A stretch of DNA of 64,000 bases, taken from contig CM059432.1 in assembly GCA_030390025.1 (NCBI GenBank), positions 121,832,001 through 121,896,000 of the forward strand, written 5' to 3'. Source of the stretch: Squalus acanthias. Lineage: Eukaryota. Below are positions 38,113 to 51,130 of this stretch, in pieces (within the stretch, counting starts at the first letter, position 1; every line of letters begins with the position of its first letter). The notes under the pieces were generated by a model. The model ran no database searches. It worked only from the letters and a program-made list of their open reading frames with translations, and was not told the DNA's origin. The position numbers and the translations under genes are program-made.

Positions 38113-39129
38113 TGATGGTCAAGTCCAGACACAGGAGCTACCTGTCATAGATACAGGAAATCCATGTCTGCTACTGCTTCCTGGGGCACAGTGCAATTCT
38201 GGAACGCTGTGCTCACTGTGACCCCAAACAGCACCTACTCTAGAGAATCAGACCTATCTACTCCAGTCCCATTTTCCTCCTCTTTTACTGTATCCTTTAA
38301 TATTTTTCTTAAATCTCCCTCTTAAATGCTGTGGTTGAGTCAGCTTCAATAGCTCCATGTGTTAAGATATTTCATATTCAAATAACCCTTTGAACAAAGG
38401 AGAAAAATAACCTCCTTACTTTATCTCCCCTTGTTAGCGATTCACTGACCAGCGAAAATAATCCTTCATTATTTATACTCTGAAACCCTTTCATAATTTT
38501 GAAGAATTCTATTAGATCTCTCCTTAAGCTTATCTGCTCCAAGGAATACAGAACTAGCTTTTAAAGTCCCCTGTCAACTATTCCCGGTGTTATCATAGTT
38601 GATCCATGTTGTACCATTTCCATGGTTTCATTTTCTATAATGGTGTAGCGCTGCCAAAACTGCATGCAGTACTCCTACTATGACCTAACCAATATCTTTT
38701 ATAGATTCCTAATATATTCCTGTAAATTAATAATCCTTAATATATGAATTAAGGCCCTACCATTTGCTGCAGTGAAATATTCCCCACTTGGATGTCACCC
38801 TTTCATTTATTTCCAATATGTAAATTCAGAATAATGCATTGAGATAATGCGATGTGACCAGTGTTAAAATACAACTTGAATCAGATTGGCTTTATTCTCC
38901 TGGTCTGAAAGCCTAGTCTGATTGTGACTTATAGTACAGTTAGAGTACAGCACAGACTGCTGAGAATGGCTGATGTTAATTGAATCTCCATCTCCACACA
39001 CCTCAAGTAATTGGCTCAATTGGTGTTTATAGCCTATTAGCATAAAATGTGTTGAAGCTGTGAAATGGTATTAACATTGACTAAAGTATCCTTACTGCCC
39101 AGACTACCATTTTGCATTTGGTGATGAGG

Positions 39130-40443
39130 GATTTCAACAGGTTTCCATCCTGGCCACAGCACTGAAATGGCCCTAACTAAAGTCAGAAATGATATCCGAT
39201 GTGACTGTGATCGTGGTAAATTATTCCTCCTCGTCCTTCTCGATTTGTCCGCAGCCTTTGACACGGTTGACCACATCATCCTCCTCCAACCATGGTCCAG
39301 CTGGGTGGGACTACACTCGCCTGATTCCATTCTTATCTATCCACACATAGCCAGAGAATTACTTGCAATGCCTTCTCTTCCCACTCCCACACCGTTACCT
39401 CTGGTGTCTCCCAAGGATCTATCCTTGGCCCCCTCCTATTTCTCATCTACATGCAGCCCCTTGGCGACATCATTTAAAACACAACCTCAGATTCAACATA
39501 TATGCTGACAATACCCAGCTCCACCTCACCACCACCTCTCAAACCCTCCACTGCATCTGATTTGTCACGTTGCTTGTCCGACAGCCAGTACTGGATGATC
39601 AGAAACATCCTCTAATTAAATATTGGGAAGACCAAAGCCATTGTCTTTGGTCCCCGCCATGATCTCTGTCCCCTAGCCACCAACTCCATCGCTTTCATTG
39701 GCCACTGCCTGAGGCTGAACCAAACTGTTTGCAACTTTGGTGTCCTATTTGATGCTAAGCTGAGCTTCCGACCCCATATCCTCTCCATCACCAAGATCGC
39801 CTTCTTCCACCTCTGTAATATCGCCCGTCTCCAGCCCTGCATCAGCCCATCTACTGATGAAACCCTCATCCATGCTTTTGTTACCTCTAAACTAGACTAT
39901 TTCAATGCTCTCCTGGCCGGCCTTCCTTCTTCCACCCTCCGTAAATGTCAGTTCATCCAAAGCTATGCTGTCCATATCCTGACTCACACCATGTCCTGTT
40001 CACCCATTATCTCTGTGCTCACTGACCAACATTGGCTCCCGGTCCAGCAAATCCTCAAATTTAAAATTCTCATCCTTGTGTTCAAATCCTTCCATGGCCT
40101 CACCCCTCCCTATCTCTGTAACCTCCTCCAGCCCTACAACCCTCCAATTCTGGCCTCTTGTGCATCCCCAATTTCCTTCACTCCACCATTGGTGGCCATG
40201 CCTTGAACTGCCTAGGCCCTAAGCTCTGGAATTCCCTGCCTAAACCTCTCCACCTCTCTACCTCTCTCTCCTCCTTTAAGATGCTCCTTAAAACCTACCT
40301 CTTTGACCAAACCTTTGGTCACCTGTCCTAATATCTCCTTATGTGGCTCGGTATCAGATTTTGTCTGATAACGCTCCTGTGAAGCGCCTTGAGATGTTTT
40401 ACTACATTAGAGGCGTTATCTAAATGCAAGTTCTTGTTGTTGT
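39130..40443 (+). mobile_element. L2 LINE RT/3' region, disrupted
   Basis: [36 protein letters not shown]; aaatgcaagtt(gtt)n tail shared with the Deu-SINE. Confidence 0.88.
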
Positions 40444-40568
40444 TGGATGCTAAACATGATTAACAGTCCAAATATTGATTCCCAACTGAGAAAGCTTGAG
40501 ATTTAATTTATAATTAATAATATCATACTATCCTGTCATATACCCAGCTGTACTATAGTACTATAACA

Positions 40569-41037
40569 ATAAAAAGAAAGAAAGACTTGCATTTATATAG
40601 CGCCTTTCACGACCACCGGACGTCTCAAAGCGCTTTGCAGTCAACAAAGTACTTTTTGAAGTGTAGCCACTGTTTAAATGTGGGAAACGCGGCAGCCAAT
40701 TTGCGCACAGCAAGGTCCACAAACAGCAATGTGATGAAACCAGATAATCTGTTTTTTTTGTTATGTTGGTTGAGGGATAAATATTGGCCAGGACACCGGG
40801 GATAACTCCCCTACTCTTCTTCGAAATAGTGCCATGGGATCTTTTATGTCCACCTGAGAGAGCAGACGGGGTTTAATATCTCATCCGAAAAACGGCACCT
40901 CCGACAGTGCGGCGCTCCCCCAGGACTGCACTGGAGGGTCAGCCTAGATTTATGTGCTGAAGTCCCTGGAGTGGGACTTGAACCCACAACCTTCTGACTC
41001 AGGCGAGTGTGCTACCCACTGAGCCACAGCTGACACT
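40569..41037 (-). mobile_element. full-length Deu-domain SINE
   Basis: tRNA-like A/B boxes (tggctcagtgg; ggttcaagtcc); TSD gtactataaca (40558-40568 / 41038-41048). Confidence 0.88.
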
Positions 41038-42002
41038 GTACTATAACATATGTGACTGTAGCCATTAAAGGGCACAGTTACCAATTTGGACTTACGTTCT
41101 GAGGTTCAGTGGCTTCAGTAGCTCCAGCAAATGGTCTTAGTCTCTTACTTATATGGGAGTAAACTAACAATAATACTCCCTGGTGACCTGGATCGGATGT
41201 TCGTGTCTTTTACATGAGTCCTTCTTCAACCTCTTTGAAAGCTGACCAATCAAACAAAGAAAAGGCCAGATCAGATTTGCTAAACCATTTTATTTCACAG
41301 TAAAGTGAACATACAGAACAGCCGTTGTGACCAGATTCATTGGCCCCGATAATAACTCCGAGGCATGTTTGGAGTAGGATGGTGCGATATCGGGTGCGAA
41401 ATCCAAAAGAAGTTTCAGCGCGTCTGTCTGTGGTGTTTTAATGGAGCCACCTCATTGTAATATTACTTCCGGGCTTGGCGGCGAACCCGTATGACGCGAT
41501 CTCAACTTATAGGGCTGGATTTTGCCAGGCCTGAGGAGGCGGGTTTGAAGGCGGGTCAGGTGGGAAAGTTGCCAAAAATGGCGTCGGGCTCCAATCCCGC
41601 ATCTGAGCAACTTTCCCAAATGCAGGCTTGCAGACACCGTTTCGGCCCTTAAGGCACTTAACAACCACTTAAGTGCCTCTATAATGCCATTTTGAGAGGC
41701 CTTTCAGAGTTTACCACATTTCCCACGTGCTGCACGTCTCCCCTGGAAAACGCCAGTTAATCCAGTCGGGTTCACAAGTGGATGGCTTACTAACAGCTGC
41801 AGCTCCACCATAAAAACAGAGTTTTGCACAATGATCATTTGCAGGTGGCAGGATTTTCTTTTCTCAGGTCTGGGCGAACTTTTTGCATGTCAACTGATTT
41901 TTGAAGTTTTGAAGCTGAGATCCATCTCCACTGTGACCTCCTGGGAAACCCCACTCCCCACCTTGACTGAGCACTTCCTCAACTGAGGTATATACCTGCA
42001 GC

Positions 42003-43260
42003 ATGGGAACCATTTATTTCCTTTCCTCCTGGACCTCAGATTTGGACGAACACCAGCCGCGGCAGCAGCAGAACCCAGAACAACAGCAGCACCAACAGCA
42101 GGAGCAACAACAGGAGCGCCAAGCTGCTGCTCACCCACCTGAAGCTGCACAGGCCAGAAGGCGCCAGCGCATGGAAGGACGTCGGCGCAGGAGACACCCC
42201 CAAAACAGGGTTTACAGACAGAGGATGAGCTACCTCAACATGACTGAGCAGCAGTGCCAAAGGAGGCTCAGACTTTCGCGAGAGGTAGTGGATGACATCT
42301 GCACAATGCTGCAGCAAGACCTGGAGCCCAGAGGAGCGGGTGGACACCCCTTACCAGTGGCTATCAAAGTCACCACCGCACTCAACTTTTTTGGTTCAGG
42401 CTCATTCCAGGGATCAACAGCAGACATCAGCGGCATCTCCCATGCGGCCGCACACACTTGCATCACGCAGGTAACCGATGCCCTCTTTGCCAACACGTAC
42501 AATTACATCAACTTCTCCAAGGATCAAGCAAGTGTAACCACGCGTGCAGTTGGATTTACTAATCTGGCAGGCTTTCCAAGGGTGCAGGGCATCGTAGACT
42601 GCACACATGTGGCCCTTAAGGCACCCCATCACAATCCAGGTATTTTGTCAACTGCAAGGGCTCCTACTCCCTCAACATGCAGCTGGTGTGTAACCACAAT
42701 AAGGACATTTTGCATGTTTGCGCCAAGTACCATGGCAGTTGCCATGACTCCGTCATCCTGTGGCAGTCTAGTGTGGCTCCGCTCTTCAGTCCGCCAGACC
42801 AACTTTGTGGATGGCTACTTGGAGACAAGGGCTATTCTCTGAAGAAATGGCTAATGACGCTGTTGAGGAGGCCATCCAACGAAGCTGAGGAGCGCTACAA
42901 CTCCCGCCACATTTCCACCAGATCCATTATTGAGCAAACCATCGGCTTGCTGAAGATGCAATTCAGATGCCTTGATAGATCAGGTGGAGCCCTGCAGTAC
43001 TCAGCAGCCAGGGTCTCCAGAATCGTCGTGGTCTGCTGTGCACTTCACAACATGGCACAGCATCGTGACTTGCAGCTGCCTGAGGTATAAGTGGCTCATC
43101 GCATAGCCTCCTCAGATGAGGATGAGGATGAGGAGGAGGACGAGGAGGAGGAGAGCAAGAACGAAGAGCTTGCGGAGGCGCATCAACCAGCAGCAGCAGC
43201 ACGCAAAAACATTGCTGCCCGGGATGCAAGGGGTGCACTGATCTTGGCCAGATTTGCTTA
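42003..43260 (+). pseudogene. HARBI1-like DDE transposase (frameshift near 42650, stop at 43088)
   Basis: [61 protein letters not shown]. Confidence 0.92.
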
Positions 43261-43519
43261 GGCTGCCCAATCAAACACATTTGGCTCGCACCTTCTTACC
43301 ACATCATCGACAATAGACAAGAACCTGCGGCTTCCTATCACTCTGACCACCATACTGACAATTCCAAGTCGCCCTGAGCCCTCAATGTGGAAGTCCCATT
43401 TGCAAAATAACACAGCCCACAACTTCAACAGTTTGCCATCAAGTCATTTTATAACATAAATTCACGGATGGCATTTCACAATTAAAAACAACAGAACACC
43501 CAAGTGACTACCCTTGTGA

Positions 43520-44951
43520 CTACTTGTGCTTTATCTTCTTCTTACGCATGCTCCTACGTGGTGCTTCCCCTGTGGCTTCAGCAGATGTGGAGGCCCCTTC
43601 CTCACTTTCATGCTGCTCCTGCCTTGACACCTTTGGCGGGCATCCTCTGGGGTTGCGAGCCTGTGAGGGCTTGGCAACAGTCTGCTGCTCCTGCGGCTGT
43701 GCAGGGGCTGAGACGCCGATCACAGTTGGGTGAGGACTCTGGTGGGGCCCTGACTGAGGGCTTTGCAGTGGCATGGTCATGTGAGAGCTTGGAGAGGAGC
43801 ACCCACTTTGTTGTTGTCTGCCACCAACATCCCTCTCATGGGTCAGCCCCACTTCATAGCTAGCAAGTGGCTTGACAACAACTTGCTGCACTTCAGGGGG
43901 CCATGACCCATTTCTGCACTGGCAGTCCTACTCCAGAGGACTTCCATGAAGCTCTGGTTTCTCTGCTCAATAGCTGACCATCGCTCCTCCAAAGATGTCA
44001 GTCTATTCTGAACAATGACCATGTTTTCAACACTCTGGCGACTTAGCTCCTCCATGCTATTGAGCAGAGAAACCAGAGCTTCATGGAAGTCCTCTGGAGT
44101 AGGACTGCCAAGCCACTTGCTAGCTCTGAAGTGGGCCTGACCCATGAGAGGGATGTTGGTGGCAAAATCAATATCAGTCACTCATGCAATGTCAATGAGA
44201 GAGATGAAAACTATTCTGTCACCAGCTTGCTCTGAAGCGCCCGTCTGTCCATCCCCCACTTGCGCATCCTCCTCGACTCCCATGATCTCAAGGGCTGCCT
44301 CTTCTGCACTGGTGAGGTGGCCCTCCTCCTGTCTTCGCCCTTTCCCTCTTATTATGGGCTCTCTTTACCTGCAATGAGGGACACAAGTGGAGTTTGAATG
44401 AGAATGAAGGAGTGAGTGTAGAGAATCCATAGCATAGATGCTCAGAAGGACACAAAGATGGAGTAAGGTCCCAAGACCAAGGGCCCTCCCTGTGTGTTGT
44501 AAGTTGTTGTCATAGCATAACAGTGATAGGGAGTGCGAGGGCTGCATAGTCAAATAGTTAAGTGAATGTGTACATAGAGAGAGAGGGAATGGTTAAGGGT
44601 GCAGGGATGTAAGGGTCCAGTGGGATGTGGAGGAGGAGGTTGACAAAGCAGAGTGCTGGTGATGAGAGGCGATGGGGATCAGATTGAGGGTCATGGTGAT
44701 GGAATACTCACTTTTCCTGTGCGGAGAAGGTCATTAAACCTCTTTCTGCACCGCAGCCAGGTTCTGCTGCACATTGAGATGGCATTCACCTCCTGTGCCA
44801 CTTGCAGCCACACAGCTTTGGTCTGTTGGGGAGGTTTTTTCCTCCCAGAAGAAGGAAACAGCACTTCCTTATTAGCTCTTGCTCCCTCCACCAGAGCTTG
44901 GAGGGAGTCCTCATCAAAACGGGGTGTGCACTTGGGCATTGAGCTTGCCAT
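43520..44951 (-). pseudogene. Harbinger Myb/SANT gene (exon 1 44951-44712 open, exon 2 44368-44223, exon 3 rearranged)
   Basis: PRFDEDSLQALVE...W..VA..VNA...RTW..CRKRFNDL; GT-AG introns at the same positions as 7243-9208. Confidence 0.85.
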
Positions 44952-45595
44952 GTTTGCACCACTAATCCCTCAGAAGTCTCTCCAAAAAAAGTTGTACGGC
45001 AGAAAATGAACCAAGGCTGCTTGCAGGCCTTAAATGCAGCTGCATAGATGACATCATCAGAGGCGAGTTTCAGGACCAAAAGACTCATTGGGCCAGGGGT
45101 TCCCACACGCTGGAAATCAACTGCCCAATTTGGGCAAAATCGCTAAATTACCCCGCCTCACATCGGAGGCGGGGGCGGGACCCGCCGACCACCTGACCCG
45201 CCCCCAATGACAAAATCCAACCTGACATAAGAAAACTACTAGGCACTTGGTCTAAGCATTAAACAAAGCTTTAATCAACTGTTTACCAACATGGAGATCT
45301 AGTTGTGTCCTTCACTAGTTCCTGTTGAGGAATGTCCAAAGCAAGCTGGGCCCATGCCCGAGTATTTATACTCTCCCTGGACAGCGTCACCAGCAGGCCG
45401 CCCAGTATTACTTCATACAAGATTCATGTCACAAACCATAGTATTTAAAGAGCCTGGTGACACAAATAAATTTCAGCGACCCACATGTCATGTTGAGTTG
45501 ATTTCAGCAATGAGTGAAGTATGATCATCTTCATAATGCTAAGTTGCAACATTATTATCTTGCCAGGACTAATTCATATATTTTGTCTCCTCCAG

Positions 45596-45830
45596 AGCCT
45601 TCACACGTGCACCAGCAGTCGGTGGAGCTCCTGGACAACGAATCCTCAGAGGAGCTGATTCATTCTGAGGGTGCACCGTCGCAGGACTCATGATTACCAT
45701 GCACCAGCTCGAATACTCGCACTTCGGAGGGTCCAGCTAGACAGTTAGTTGGGATTTCATCTGGTGACTCACAGTTCACAAGTGAGAAAGAGCAGAGAGT
45801 GATGGCAGAGACATCAGTGGAGAGTACATG
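45596..45830 (+). pseudogene. Myb-gene exon-3 remnant of another Harbinger
   Basis: Acceptor tttgtctcctccAG; NESSEELIHSEGA...TSEGP...SQFTSE resembles DDSSEEPKASEGA...TSVGP...SQLTSE. Confidence 0.65.
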
Positions 45831-46396
45831 AGGAAATTTCAGCTCTTAAAGGGTTAACGCCTTAAACTGAAGACTAGCTAGCCAGTAAACAGGAAGCAAA
45901 ATAACGCAAAGTGATGTTGCACATGGCTGTCTGCTAATTATTTTTGTTAGGAAATTATTTCATTGTTTATTCAGCAGTATAGATTAGTTTTATTATTGGA
46001 CAGCATATATAAAGCATTGCCATAGAAAAGGTCCTTACCTAAGGCACAATAATTATTGATTTGTCTGTCTAAATAACTGTCCACCATTATTACTTCTCAT
46101 TCAAAAATCAATATCACTCCAAAAAGTGCAGAAATGATTGCTTAATTAAAAAGATACACTAATGTGGCTTGCTAGCTCTAGTGGTGGAGCACTAATTTCT
46201 CGATTTCAAGGTGCTAGGCCATCAGTTAGAACGCAAAGATTAAATTTCACTATTTCCTGATATCTGACTGTGCTGGTGTGAATGTACGAGTACTCTGATG
46301 AACTCTGAATAGAATTTGGAATCCAAAACAAGCTGAACTGGGTGATCCAGGTGAACGAATGGACACCCAAATTATGTCATAACTCAACGTGTACGA

Positions 46397-46790
46397 TAGC
46401 ATCGTGGTTATGTTACTGGACTAGTAATCTCAGAGGCCTGGACTACTGATCCACGAGACATGAGTTCACATCCCACCATTGAATTTAAATTCAATTAAAT
46501 AAATGTGGAATAAAAAAAAGCTAGTGTCAGTAATGGTGACCGTGAAACTACTGGATTGTTGTAAAAACCCATTTGGTTCACTGATGTCCTTCAGGGAAGG
46601 AAATCTTCTGTCTGTACCCAGTCTGGCCTATACTTGACTCCAGACTCTTAACTGCCCTCTGAAATGGCCCAGCAAGCCACTCAGTTTTCAAGAAAGGCTC
46701 CACCACCACCTGCTCAAGGGCAATTAAGGATGGGCAATAAATACCGGCCTTGCCAGCGACGACCACGTCCCATGAACGAATAAAAATAAA
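46397..46790 (+). mobile_element. tRNA-headed SINE (LINE head + tail)
   Basis: A-box-like tagcatcgtgg, B-box-like gagttcacatcc; junction near 46686. Confidence 0.8.
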
Positions 46791-47632
46791 CAGCGCTTGC
46801 CTCAGTATAAAAGTATTGAGGCAGCACATTCTCACTGACGCAGTGTTCAAACCTGTACCCAGTTATGATTTCAGCTTCTGCTAACATTGTGTTCACAGGT
46901 CATTTTAGATGTACAGACTGGGGCCGAGTTTGACTTTTGAGTGATTGCTTGACTGGACACGCTGGTTGGCCACCCGATGCCACGGCGAATCGACCCCCTC
47001 GTGATGGTGAGGCCCTGGCGGAGCACCAAAATCGGGCTGGGGCTGCAGTCAGCAAGCTAAGTTGTGTGAGGGGCCGCGATTATGGACGCCGGTGGAGCAT
47101 TCCCCCGCCCCGATTTCCATATCAAACAGGCGGGCATGTTAGGCACCCGGCGGTAGGCTGCTTTTAAAATGGAACCACCCACATTGCCGGTATTACCATG
47201 CCAGTAAGGCTACCGACCCCCATTTTGAGGCTGTATATAAATACAAGTTGTTGTTGTTGTTGTTACCGTCCCATTAATACCAGGCAAAGGCCGTGAAGAT
47301 CAACCTCACTAAGTCTTCCCTGAACCAAAACCTGCAGCCTTATGCATGTTGTGAATGGGGTAGCACATTACAAGACTAACAATTACCCTTTAATTATGCT
47401 ACAATACACCAGGGACCATGTGTGATGCTCACCACAATCTCCTGTCTACTCTGAAAGGTGGTAAACATCAGACTATTATGTTCAAGCTGAAACTAACAGT
47501 TCTATCATTTGTACAATTAATAAGTTACACAAAAACAAATATACACATGTTATGATGGCAACAAATACTCAGAAAACAATAAAGATAGAATCAATGGATA
47601 AAAGTTGAAAATATCGCAGAATAGAACCATAA

Positions 47633-48289
47633 GGGGCGATTTTAACCCTGCTCACCCTGCGGAAACCGGGCGGGCTGTTAAAATCGCCAGCAGGCTTACC
47701 CGTCAAAGTCCTGCTGTCTTCCTGCAGATACCGACTTGAACCTAATCTTCTGAGCAGAGGAAAGGACACCCACCGGAAACTGACGGGGTCCTTCTTTAAA
47801 AATGCAGATCGGGCTCTGATGACATCACTGGGGCCCGACTACTACTTCGACCAGAGGCCTGCGCCAAGAAGCTGCTGTGACTTCCCTAAAACCTAGCGAG
47901 TAACAGAAGAGGCCCAAAAAGGTAAGTCGTTTTTACTGTTTTTGACTTCCCTTGTTGAGCCACGAGGGACAGGAGTGCTTCTCTGGGACCCACAAGGAAA
48001 GTTTGTCCTCTCCTGCCGCCCAGACTTCTCCTCCTACCCCGACCATGAGCCCCTCAGGAAGCCCCTCTTACCTGAGTGCCGGGGGGAGTGTTCCTCGGGT
48101 CCCCAGTGGTGGTCTTCTGCTGCCTGACATTCCGCTCCCGTCAGCCAGCCAGCCGGTTTTGGGTGGGAGGCTGACGGGAACTATGCAGATGAGATCTGGG
48201 AATTAAAATCCCCCGGGCCTCAGGCTGCCACGGTCAGGACGATTTGCCACTCGCCTCGACCCCTGCCCGCACGAGTTAAAATCGGGGCT
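47633..48289. mobile_element. GC-rich MITE-like element
   Basis: Ends ggggcgattttaac / gttaaaatcggggc. Confidence 0.6.
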
Positions 48290-48975
48290 AGAAAACTTTA
48301 TAGCACAGAAGGAGGCCATTTCGCCCACTCTGCCCATTCCAGCTCTCTGAAAGAGCTGAACACTTAATCCCATTCCTCCGCTCTTTCCCCATACACTTTT
48401 AATTTTATTCTTTTACAAATACTTATATATTTCCCTTTTCAAATCTATTATGGATTTTGCTTCTACTATTTTTTCTGGTCGGTCATTCCATATACATATC
48501 CTAAGATCTCTCTGCATAAAATAAATCCTCTGAACTTCACCCTTGGTTCCTTTGGTGGTGATCTTAAATGTATGCCCTTTATTTAGTTACTCACTGGTAG
48601 AAATCATTTTTGATGATTTATCTTATCAAAACCCTTCATAATTTTGAACGCATCGATTGTATCTCCTTAGTCTTCTTTGTTCTAATGATCAGATTCCCAT
48701 TTTCTCTCGTCTCTCCTCATAACTAAGTGGTCTAATCCCTGGTATGAGCTTAGCAAATCTCTTCTGCACCCTCTCCACGGCCTAGACAGCTTTACTAAAG
48801 TAAAACACCCAAAACTGAACACAATATTCTAACTGTGGCCTGATCAATGGTTGCATAGGTTTGGCATTGCCACTTTGGTTTTGTACTCTATACCTCTATT
48901 TATAAAACCTAATATCCCATATGCTTTTATTTGCAGCTTTATCAACTTGTACTCCAATTTTAAAGATTTGTGTAT
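48290..48975 (-). mobile_element. old CR1 3' fragment
   Basis: CR1 3' UTR (gcacagaaggaggccatt) and ORF2-end homology. Confidence 0.65.
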
Positions 48976-49490
48976 CTGATCCCCTTATTCTCTTGGTTCC
49001 TTCCATTCGTTTGAAAGTTTTGGGGCCCAAAATTCCGATCAGCCCGCTTTGCCCGTACAAGTGCAGTGGAGCGGGTCTTAAGTGCAATCATGTCAAAGAT
49101 GCACACATGATGCTGGGGCCCAAGCCTGTGAGGGAACATCAGCAACACCTGCCCTGACAGTGGCCCAGAAAATCAGAGTGCCACCCTTAGCAGGCCAAGC
49201 AGGTGAGGAACTTTTTCACCAGGCTAGGCCTCTGAAGTAATCAATTTCTTCCAGGAATGATTATTTTTTCCATGAAGCAGCCTGGAACCTTTACTAGGCC
49301 CATAATGTAAACTACTCAGTAGGTGTGCATTCCATTAGCCCTATCAGGTGGCATACTGTAAGGGATTCTGACCCTGCATGTCTCGCAGCCTGTGAGATTC
49401 ACGCGGCTCTGTGCAGCCTGTATGTCAGTGCGGGTTTAGGCCTTGTTGCCTGTTCTGGTCTCCAGCCAGTCTGGGAGCACTAGACACACC

Positions 49491-50996
49491 TGTGAGTGGT
49501 TCGAATCACTCGCCCTTACGGTTCTAGACACTGGACTTAGATGCGAGAGCAGTAATGGAGATGAAACTCATGTAGACTCGGTTGAATGGTACGAAATGGA
49601 AAATCTTTATTGCATGATATTTAAGATTACGAAATACATGTCATAAGCACAGATTAATGACAGTACAATCTTACAAGCAGTTATATAGCTGATCCTAGGG
49701 AAACGAGGAACGAACGACACACCGTAAATAGGGGCACACATTACAAGTATCCTTAATACTTAAACCCTCCCCTACCAATATCTGTCCTAGCTAGATTCGT
49801 AGGATTTCGAGACTCATGCTCACCACTCGTGATAACTCGGAGAAATTCCGAATAGCTGATCGGATGTTTTTCACCGCAGCACCCACGTGTCGGTCAGGAG
49901 ATCTCCTGGTCCCACTTGTTTACTTGCTTCTGCTCCGGCTAGCAGGCTGGACCGTCTGCTGTGATGAAGATCTGTGTTGGTTGGTTTAACAGGTACTTTC
50001 CGAATCCAGACCAGTCAATATCATCGGTGATAATCCGTTCTTGCAAGTTCAAAGAAGTCTCCCTAGCAAGGAAAACTTGGCTATTCGACCTACAGGCGCG
50101 GTCGGGATTTACTGACCGTGGCGATGAGTATGGTCTTCCTCTCTTCTCATCTCATCTCATCTCATCTCATCTCATCTCGGACCTTTGGTTCCGATGCCAG
50201 TTACCAACATAGGTCTTCGTTACGCGACACGAGGTAGATCCGAACGGATCAGAAAGTTCAACAGTCTTTTTCAAAGAGGCACCAGGCAAGCAGGAACAAG
50301 ACTACGAGTCAAAACACAGGAGCAGCCACGAGGTTACGAGTCGATCGGATAAGAGAATAAGAGAAAGATGGACGGTTGGAGCTTGTAATTATAGTACAAA
50401 ATCTTCCGTTTCCCGCCCAACCTTAATGTCCTTTCTTTTGTTTGGGTTTGGCGCTCAAATGTCTTGTATGGGTGATCTCCGTTCTTAATGGGTTTCGGGG
50501 CTACTCGTAACTGTCTGAGTACCTGTTAATATTTCTCCCATTGTTAAATCGGTCGGTGTTCTCCCTGGAGGGGTTTTGGGGCTTCCAAGTGTTTTGTATA
50601 ACTACCCGCTAACGGCTCTCTCATCGTAGAGTCGTTGGGATTTTACATATTAATGTCTTTTGGATGGGCCCTTGATTACTCGGTACAATAGCTTTCATTC
50701 GTACCTGGGAGACCGATTTCAGTATTTATGTGTATACTGCAAACCCATAATGTCTCGTGTATTATCTTCACTGTGCTGAATCTTAATCGATCTTGCACAA
50801 ATGTTTATTGGAACGCCATCTTGTCTGCCTGTCGAAAAGTCTAGAATGTTCTGTCACGAGGTGCGGCGGCCATTTTACAGGCTGCTTGTGTCCACTTTGA
50901 GAAACCTGACAGCATTCTGCTGAAATAAAAGCTGTTTGAACGAGACTCTGTGTTTTCTCCTTATTAATAAAATCGCGATATATTGCGAATTCTACA
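49491..50996 (-). mobile_element. solo LTR (~1.5 kb) of an LTR retrotransposon or ERV
   Basis: TGT...ACA termini; degenerate 5-bp TSD acacc/atact; minus-strand GC box, TATA-like ctataatta (50386-50394) and AATAAA (49606-49611); CpG-rich. Confidence 0.7.
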
Positions 50997-51130
50997 ATAC
51001 TTGGCAGGATTCTCCCTCAGACATTCTCTCGCTGTACGGTGGATAGATGAAAGATTTGCCCTCTTCTCCCTACTGGAATTTCTCAGCCTCCTATCCATGG
51101 GTCGAATCCCAGTAAAACTGGCTTCTGCTG

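Larger units (their letters stand above)
41512..45223. mobile_element. near-complete two-gene PIF/Harbinger transposon
   Basis: TIRs gggctggattttg / caaaatccaacc; convergent transposase and Myb genes. Confidence 0.9.

Noticed and set aside
40960..41037. tRNA gene
   Set aside because: The A/B boxes belong to a SINE head that continues into the SINE body.
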